From: Octopus vulgaris
Taxonomy: Eukaryota
Direction of reading: 5' to 3'
Length of the DNA: 64,000 nucleotides
NCBI GenBank assembly: GCA_951406725.2
Contig: OX597824.1
Coordinates: forward strand, 37,758,001 to 37,822,000
Below the pieces are notes generated by a model. It made no database searches. It was not told where the DNA came from and saw only the letters and a list, made by a program, of their open reading frames with translations. A program made the translations under genes and the position numbers. Shown one piece after another: positions 54,955-64,000 of this stretch. Every line of letters begins with the position of its first letter. Within the stretch, counting starts at the first letter, position 1.

Positions 54955-56845
54955 AGGCATAAATATTTTACTTTCCGATAAATGGAATTACTGATAAACT
55001 GATAAGCTAAAGTTGATAAGAAGATAAAGATGTAGTTTTTCGATGGTTTTAGAAGAAAGTCCCACAATCTTTAAGAAGGTTCTGCAACAGGTATGTACTG
55101 ATATCAAAGAAAAAACAAAGAAATCAAGGTTATATAGATTTTCTTTAAGGGCTAGAAAGTATAACAAATAAGATTCAACGCCTACTCACTTCGAAGCTAA
55201 TTTTACCTTACCACCAAGAATTGATAAAACTGTTACGTAGCATAGGTTTCTGCTGTGTTATGCAAATAAGAAACGGATTTTCTTCTCGATAGATTGCTAC
55301 GTAATTGAGAAACTCTCTGTTGAGGAGGCCATCATTATGCGCTGCAGTTACGAACCCTTTAGTCTCTACACTGATACCCGTGCTTTTCCTCACAAAAAGA
55401 TAAACCGAAGCATAAAAGTTCTGTATGGGGAACAGCTAAATTCTAATCGTTGACCCGAATCTCGCAAACTATGAGTTATTATTCAATAAGCTTTTTTTCT
55501 TTTCCTTTCTTTTTATTTATTGGCACGAGCCTAATACTTTTGTTATTTTCATTTCAGAAGCTTCTTTATTATTATTTTTTTTTTTTGTAAGAAAATGAAG
55601 TACTGTATTCTATGTAAAAATTTCTTCATCATCCTAAAAGCTGGTGACTCTAATTTAATATAAACCATTAAATTTAAAATGTTTCCCTGGTATATAATTA
55701 GTCTCAAATACTGTTACAATTAGATCTACAGAATTTTAGAACATTTTTGTCTTTCTTCAGATTAGAAGATAAGAAATATTCATAACTGCGTCTAATATTG
55801 TGGACAGTGTGTTTGCAAATGTTTCCCTGCGTTAAAATCCACAATAATTGAAAGCCAAATATCAATACACTTGTTTCTTAATGGACACAACTGTGCTGAT
55901 AATTTGTCTTGATTATTTGTCTACTACTGAAGTGCTAAAGTCCAATTTTGAATATTTATTTAGAAAAACACTGGTATCGATTTTGAAATTAATTTAAAAG
56001 AATTTATCTAAAGTAAGACAACCTGTCTCCTGAGTGTTCATGTGAGAATATTAAAAAGGGGAACATTATTGATTAGAGTTTGATCAATTAGTCAAACATT
56101 AAAGGTTACCAACATTTTAATTGATTTCCTCACGTGATTTTCGAGTTTCTTTAAGGATAATAAAGAATTAATAATTTCATTTTCCGTTAAGCATACTTTT
56201 TTCAGGCTGTTAATTTCGCTGTTCTTTGTGATATTTGAAGCATATTTGCAGACGAAAGAAGTATTTATTAGAGAATTATTCTTAATAACGAAACAATATG
56301 TGAAGAAAAATTAATATAAACAAGATAAAGCAGACTAATTTTATGGTATCGCAGAAAAGAATGATATAAATTGATCTTTGAATAAAGATATTTTATGGTT
56401 TCTTTTCATGCTGATGCTTCATTTACATGTTCTGTTATTTTACCAGTATTACATTTACAGATTTATCTTACGTATATAGATAGCTCCATCACTGATAAAC
56501 AAGACTTCATATTTACTATATATTAGCGACAGAGGCAGTATTAATACTTAGAGATAATATGTATCCCCACTTAAACGTAGATATTCAGTCAGAACAAACT
56601 AAACTGTGATAGATACCATGAGAGAAACTCTAACATAGGCTTTTGATGCAAAATGCACGCGTGTTTATATTGCTAGCGGGGAAGTAAATTCCCACCATTT
56701 TCAGCACCGAGGGCATCAAATCACATGATTTTGACTTTCGTTGGTCTCATTGATGACGCACGCTTGACCGCTAGAAATAACTGCGTCTCAACTCCCCTTT
56801 AACAATATATAGAAAATCAGTACCACAGCAAGCATTGGTGTCGCT

Positions 56846-56889
<44 letters not shown>

Positions 56890-56891
<2 letters not shown>

Positions 56892-57035
56892 CGCAGGCGT
56901 GACTGTGTGGTAAGAAGCTTGCTTCCCAACCACATGGTTCCAGGTTCAGTCTCACCGCGTGGCACTTCTACTATAGCCTGAGGCTGAACAAAGCCTTATG
57001 CATGGATTTGGTAAACGGAACTGAAGGAAGCCTGC

Positions 57036-57083
<48 letters not shown>

Positions 57084-57115
57084 CTCTGTGTGTGTGTGTG
57101 TGTGTGAGTGTGTGC

Positions 57116-57158
<43 letters not shown>

Positions 57159-57300
57159 TCGTCCCGCCATCGCTCGACAACTGATGTTGTTCATTTAGGT
57201 CCCCGAAACTTAGCGGTTCAGCAAAAGTGACCGATAGAATAAGTACCAGGCTTTCAAAAAATAAGTCCTGGGGTCGACTAAAGGCGGTGCTACAGCCATG
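56890..57300 (+). mobile_element. SINE family A (diverged)
   Basis: Homology to 33437-33868. Confidence 0.88.
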
Positions 57301-57303
57301 TCA

Positions 57304-57415
57304 AAACTGTAGAGGAATAGGGGCTGAAACCGGACGTGGTTCCTCCTGACGATGTCTTGACTTAACTGGATCCTATAAAGGAGCTGTTGTGGTAGCAGAC
57401 CACGAAACATGATTG
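57304..57415 (+). ncRNA. Two tandem degenerate hammerhead motifs
   Basis: CTGTAGA-GG...CT-GAAA-CCGG-AC, then CTGACGA-TGTCT...AGACCAC-GAAA-CATG; palindromic stem III in both. Confidence 0.5.
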
Positions 57416-59118
57416 AAATTCCTCAGATACGAAATCAGCCGAGATTGAGGAGGGCGTTCTGTCAGAGGTTGTTGAAATAAATTACAATTAATATAAGTAC
57501 ATGAATCAATATAATTTGGCTACACCTTACTCTCCCGAAAATTTCTTCTGTCTATGTTAGAAATCAATATGCATTTTAATAAATATGTTTTAACAACTTG
57601 GGATTCGTGTGAGTTTGTGCCTCCATAATGTACAAGTTATATGAAACATGATCAACTATGGAGTCGAAAATTAAAGACAAAGTATAAATAAAAAGACTAA
57701 AATATTTCTATGGATTCCATTTTAGTAAGCTTTACAAGTTTTATCTACAGAAACCAGCATTAGATAATATTATTCGGTTGGAAACAGAAAAATATCCATT
57801 TTACAAAGTCTGTATATTTTGAGGAAAAGATAGCAATTCTTTGAATGGAATAATATTTTTATCGATATTTAAACCTTTTTTTTTTTCTTTTCTTTTCTTT
57901 TTTTTCTGTTTTCAAATACTTCCGTCGCAGAAAAGTTGAAGGAAGAGGCGTTATGATGACCAGTTTGGAAAACGAGCAAAAATAAACAATACAAAAATCT
58001 GATTTTCATAAATCACGGAAACAAATAAATGATTGTTTCAAAATAGCAAATCATTCACCTCCGCTGACGTTTATTTATTTATGTTTTAATCCATTTTCGG
58101 ATTACTAGACTTTGAATAGCAGAGATTACAATTGCGCAAAAGACTCTTTACGAAACTTTTCCACATCCATTTTTCTTTACAGACAGACAAACACACGCGC
58201 ACGCTCACGCACATGCGCATGGCTCAGTGGTTAGTGCATCGGGCTCATAATCATTAGGTAGTTAGTTCGATTCTCGGACCGGGTTATATGTTGTGTTCTG
58301 GAGCAAGACACTTTGCAACGTTACTGCGCCAAGCTGTATCCCTTGGATAACATTGGTGACGTGGAGAAGGCAGGCTGGTATGCATGGGTGACTGCTGGTC
58401 TTTCGTAAACAACCTTGTCCAGACTTATGCCTAGGAGGAGAACATTCTAGGTGCCAAGCTGTATTGGTCTTTGCGTTTCTCTAGGATAACATCGGTAGCG
58501 TGGAGAAGAGAAAACACCGGTGGCATATAAGCGGCAATTAGAACGTGTCCGAGTGGTTCGTTAAAGTCCATATACACCTTTCATGTAGCTTGCAAATTTT
58601 TATGTTTTATCGAGAAAATAATATTTTTCATATCGTTTGGCGAAAAGCATAGCCATGGATAGACGAAGCAAGACAAAGGGAAAAACATACACACATGCGC
58701 AAACACGAACGCACGCGCGCGTGTACACACACCACATACATAAATACATATATACATACATACATACATACATACATACGTACGTACATACATACATACA
58801 TACATACATACATACATACACACATACATACATACACACACATACATACATACATACATACATACATACATACATACATACATACATACATACATACGTA
58901 CATACATACACACACACATACATACATATATACATACATATATACATACATACATACATACATACATACTTACATACATACCTACATACATACATGCATG
59001 CATGCATGCATACATACATACATACATACATACATACATACATACATGCATGCATACATGCATACATACATACATACATACATACATACATACATACATA
59101 CATACATACATACATACA

Positions 59119-59499
59119 GGCATACATACATATAGAAATATAATTAAGATTCAGCTGAATTAGGTATTTAAATTGAGGTACCTTGTTAGTTCAGTATAGT
59201 CCGCACACCTCAACAATATTATTTGAATATTGAACTTCAAGACCCCGTGTAGGGGTTTTTGTCCCTAATATTCCTGTCGTGTGTGCAGACAACTCAACCC
59301 AGCTAAGTGAAGATATCCGCTCTTGGTAATTCAGACATGTACTTTTTATATAAAGGTACTTTCTATAGTATTTCCGAAGGGCAGATTTTTAAGTCAGGTG
59401 AACAGAATATAAATAAGTAACAAAGATGTACAGGTATCAGTTCATTGCGGCCGTTTCAAGCGGCTCCAGGGAATTAATTTATGAGATCACACACACACA

Positions 59500-59541
<42 letters not shown>

Positions 59542-60042
59542 CATACATACATACATACATACATACATACATACATACATGCATGCATACATGCATACAT
59601 ACATACATACATACATACATACATACATACATACATACATACATACATACATACATACAGGCATACATACATATAGAAATATAATTAAGATTCAGCTGAA
59701 TTAGGTATTTAAATTGAGGTACCTTGTTAGTTCAGTATAGTCCGCACACCTCAACAATATTATTTGAATATTGAACTTCAAGACCCCGTGTAGGGGTTTT
59801 TGTCCCTAATATTCCTGTCGTGTGTGCAGACAACTCAACCCAGCTAAGTGAAGATATCCGCTCTTGGTAATTCAGACATGTACTTTTTATATAAAGGTAC
59901 TTTCTATAGTATTTCCGAAGGGCAGATTTTTAAGTCAGGTGAACAGAATATAAATAAGTAACAAAGATGTACAGGTATCAGTTCATTGCGGCCGTTTCAA
60001 GCGGCTCCAGGGAATTAATTTATGAGATCACACACACACACT
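59119..60042. repeat. Apparently identical head-to-tail duplication (59119-59501 / 59660-60042; period 541) linked by microsatellite
   Basis: ggcatacatacatatagaaat...atgagatcacacacacacact occurs twice with no difference seen by eye. Confidence 0.92.
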
Positions 60043-61277
60043 TATATATATATATATATATACACAATAGTAAAGTGCTGCATGGAAAGATGACAAACGA
60101 ACATACAAAAGCAGAAAGAAAAAGAACATACTAGAACGTGTACACGCTCGTCTATCATCTGTTTCGACCAAAAATCATCACGATTTCGATACGTAATCGA
60201 TAATATTGTTCAATTCGGTGGCGTAAACACCAAAACGTTGCTCGGATATGAAGGACAGAATGAGACAAGTACAAAAAAGACAGAGCCTCTACATCGTAGA
60301 CACAGACACGTCAAAAGTAAATAGACACGCGTTTTATATCGTTTTATGTGTGCAGAAACCACTTGATGCTTCTAACTTGTTAATGTTTTCTATTTAATAT
60401 TGCAGCATATTACTTTCAAATTTTTGTAGAAGGCCAGTAATTCCAGAGGAGTGGATAAATCGATTACATAGATCCCAGTACTAAACTGGTACCCTGAGAA
60501 GATGAAAAGCAATTTCGACCTCGACAGAATTTGAACTCAGGGCGTAAAGACAGACGAAATGCCGTTAAGTATTTTGCTCGTCGTGCTAACGATTCTGCTA
60601 GTTCGCCGCCTTAAGATTACAATATATCGATAGTTCATAGTAACTAGCCATGCCATGATGACCAGAAGCAAAAGAGGTGTCTGATTTTCAAGGGGGGTGT
60701 ATCGTAGGTCAATCTGAGAGTGGACGTAGCCACTGTAACATTGCATAAAACGTTAAGATTCCTCTTGCCACAGTCAACAGAGTGAATGTACAATTCACCA
60801 GCAAAGGAAAGAAATCAACAGCATCTTGTTCAAGTCGACCCGTGGCCTTTGACAAGTGTCTTCAAGCTGTCGAGCGTATTGTTGAATATAATCCCCATTT
60901 TAAGGCCTCTGATATTACAAAACAACTCTAAATGAGTCTGAGTACTTCTCAGAGGTATCTCCTTTAATTAGAAAGGCATTTTACTATTAAAATGTCTACA
61001 CACACACATACACACACCTTTTATCCTTTACTTGTTTCAGTCATTTGACTACGGTCTCGCTGGCGCATCGCACTGGAGGGTTTTAGTCGAACAAATCGGT
61101 CCCAGGACTTATATTTTAAGCCTAGTACTTTACACTATCGCTTTCTTTTACCGAACAGCTAGGTAACACTGACGTAAGCACACCAACACCAGTTATCAAG
61201 CGGTGTTGGAGGACAAACCGAGGCACAAAGACACACTCACAAAGACACACACATATATATATACATACATACATATA

Positions 61278-61311
<34 letters not shown>

Positions 61312-61510
61312 CGCCATGTTCGAACGCTGAACTCTACACTGATTTTTCCTTTTTCCGTTTTTTTTTTTTAATTCTCTCTCCATTTTTTTCCTCTTACACC
61401 TTTCTGACGAAGAAACGTAAAAGACTTTCCCATTTTTCCCGAGCATTAAACTAATACACCTGCTTTGTTTTTCCTACACCTGTCTTCCTCTTTTGTTTTT
61501 TCTACACTTG

Positions 61511-61515
<5 letters not shown>
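61312..61515 (+). mobile_element. PLE 3'-terminal (pLTR-like) fragment between (TA)n tracts, with a stem II-deleted HHR at 61400-61423
   Basis: CTTT-CTGACGA-A-GAAA-CG-TA-AAAG. Confidence 0.65.
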
Positions 61516-61584
<69 letters not shown>

Positions 61585-62499
61585 CTGACACATTAGCAGT
61601 GTTTGTTTTTTTTCATACTACAATACCTTGCTATGAGTATCTATGGATATATGGCAAGAGTGCAAGCAAAAAATGGAATGAAAATCACTTTAGATGCATT
61701 AGTCACTCGTAGACTGATGTTACGCCTAGTCGATAGCGAATAACAGAGATCACTTTGACGATAATAACTCTTATGCTTTACACAACAATCACATTCTCTG
61801 CTCTAAACTGACCAATGTGCAATAGTATTCGGACTCTCTGGCATTAGATGTTTTATTAAACCAAATACAAGCATACGAATATTTGATGCATTTTTGACAT
61901 TTTGTTCGCTTAAATAAATTAGTAATGCTTATTTTTAATACACCACTTTATATGGAGTAAATCCATGGATTTCAGCGTCATTAATTCTATAAATTAATCA
62001 AATTTAATTAGAACAGCGACTATTGAAGTCTATCGATTTACTCAATAAAAACTTTAATGTGTGTGTGTGTGCGTGTGCATGTGTGTATACACGTCCGTGT
62101 GTGTGTGATGTGTATGTGTGTGTATGTGTGTATGTATGTATGAATAAATACGCAAATACGTGACATGGCGTTCACATTTTCCATATCTCAGTTGCCTTGC
62201 GTAGAAATGAGCAAGTGAACATATTGGCACGTTTGTGTGTGTGTGTGTGTGTGTATGTGTATATGCGTGTGGATGTAGTTGTGCAAATGTATGTGAATGC
62301 TTACGTGCGACGGTGTGTATGTAAATGTTTATGTGTGTGATTAGTGAAAAAACGATAATGCTATAAATAATGAAGAGACGATAATAAATTTATTCGTTAA
62401 TGTAGAGCTGAAAGGGATGATAAATAGTAAAGCAAGCACATCAAATTGTCATTTGTGCAGACACATTTTCAAACACACACACACACACACACACACACA

Positions 62500-62678
<179 letters not shown>

Positions 62679-62812
62679 TTGATAGTTATCGCCAAGCTAA
62701 CATGGCAGTCCAGAAAAATAGGATGAATGCCAGCACGAGGCCAGCACGAACCTGTGTCCATTATAACCTTCGAACAGTGGAGGTCAGCCGCTTTCCCTTG
62801 CTGATCTGGTAT

Positions 62813-62853
62813 CTACAGACTAGTTTCAGGGTATTTGCCCCTTATCAATGTAG
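62813..62853 (-). ncRNA. Minimal type I hammerhead motif with U3-A8 compensatory core
   Basis: Minus strand CTACA-TTGATAA-GGGG-CAAATA-CCCT-GAAA-CTAG-TC-TGTAG. Confidence 0.82.
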
Positions 62854-62889
62854 AGTAGCCGAACCCAGCTGGCGTCGCTACTGACCGTC

Positions 62890-63775
62890 TGTTCTACATG
62901 GTAGAAGTGCATGTAAAGCAATCAGTGAAATAATAGGGACGATGATGGGTGCCTGTGAGGATGGTGGTGTTGGTGAGGTATGAGCAAGTGCGGCAACGTG
63001 GGTGAGAGCAAGGGAACGAGCCAGGTTGAGAGGTGGGGTTGGGGAAGAAACTGTGGACCAGGAGGACATGTAGGTCGTGGAATCGTTTGAAGGAAGGGTG
63101 GAGTAAGTTGGGGAAGATGTGCAAAGTGGAGGGGTCGGACTGGAGTCGCCAGAAAGCTCGGAAAATTGAGAGGCAGGGTGGAGGGGTGGTAGGTGAGGGG
63201 AACTGGATACGGTAACGGCGAGGCGGGTGCGGGAAGAGAGGGCAGATGCACGATCGACAGAACATGCTCTGGCTAGTGGGTATGGGTAGTAGTGAGGGGA
63301 TATCCACGAAGGATGAAGTGGCGAGCCATGAGTTGAGACTGAGTCTCAAAGTCATGATTGTCACTGCAGATCCTGTGCAGACGGAGGAACTGGGCGTAGG
63401 AGATAGAGAGCTAGGTGTGGGTAGGGTGGGAGGAGGAGAAGTTGAGGTATGAGTGTGAGTCGGTGTGTTTGTAGCAGAGGGGAGTGATGAGAGTGGAGTG
63501 GTGTATGTTGACCGAAATATCGAGAAAGGCGACGGAAGTGTTGGAAATGGTGCAGGCGAATTCGAGGGCAGGATGGAAGGATTGAGCAAAAGGGGAGAAG
63601 GAGTCTAGTTGTTCACGCACCGATACAGTCATCAATATAACGACCGTATAGTTCGGGAGTAGAACCAGTGAATCTTGAAAATATTTAGGCCTCAACGTAG
63701 CCAACAAACAGGTTTGCATAGTTGGGGCCCATTCTCGTTCCCATGGTCACTCCCCAGAGTTGTTGGTAAGACTCC

Positions 63776-63778
<3 letters not shown>
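62890..63778 (-). mobile_element. Penelope-like retroelement (Neptune-type) RT/thumb/Cys-linker relic, truncated at both ends
   Basis: YQQLWGVTMGTRMGPNYANLFVGYVE; FHPALEF...VAFLDI...YKHTDSHSYLNFSSSHP; GSFPCSHPRCRTC...FTCTS; abuts (TA)n. Confidence 0.9.
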
Positions 63779-63834
<56 letters not shown>

Positions 63835-63836
<2 letters not shown>

Positions 63837-64000
63837 TGCAGGCGTGACTGTTCGGTAAGATGCTTGCTTCTCAACCACGTGGTTCCGGATTCAATTCTGT
63901 TGTGTAGCACATTGCCCAAGCGTTTTCTACCACATCCTCGGGCCGATCAAAGCCTTGTGAATGGATTTGATAGGCGGAAACTGAAAGAAGCCCTTCGTAT
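63835..64000 (+). mobile_element. 5' part of SINE family A (runs off the window)
   Basis: Homology to the head of 33437-33868. Confidence 0.85.

Overview
Repeat-dominated, AT-rich eukaryotic (animal) genomic DNA; the SINE families and very high microsatellite density point to an octopus (inference, not verified). Only one host coding exon is convincing: the first coding exon of a THIK-type (KCNK12/13-like) two-pore K+ channel on the minus strand (12613-12274), whose intron runs off the left edge. The rest is (TA)n/(CA)n/(TACA)n/(GATA)n/trinucleotide microsatellite, tRNA-derived SINEs, Dong/R4 and Tx1 LINE relics, Tc1/mariner, hAT/Merlin-like and Helitron non-autonomous elements, and a Neptune-type Penelope-like element (PLE) fragment. 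The main unannotated signal is about 20 minimal type I hammerhead ribozyme (HHR) motifs from many unrelated sequence families, roughly six with near-intact cores. They lie in short PLE-terminal-like inserts at (TA)n-type tracts, often as foldback inverted repeats. Two carry a compensatory U3-A8 core variant, and three lie sense-oriented in the channel intron. Almost all ORFs in the supplied track are microsatellite artefacts. Coordinates were counted by hand, and element boundaries may be off by a few bases.
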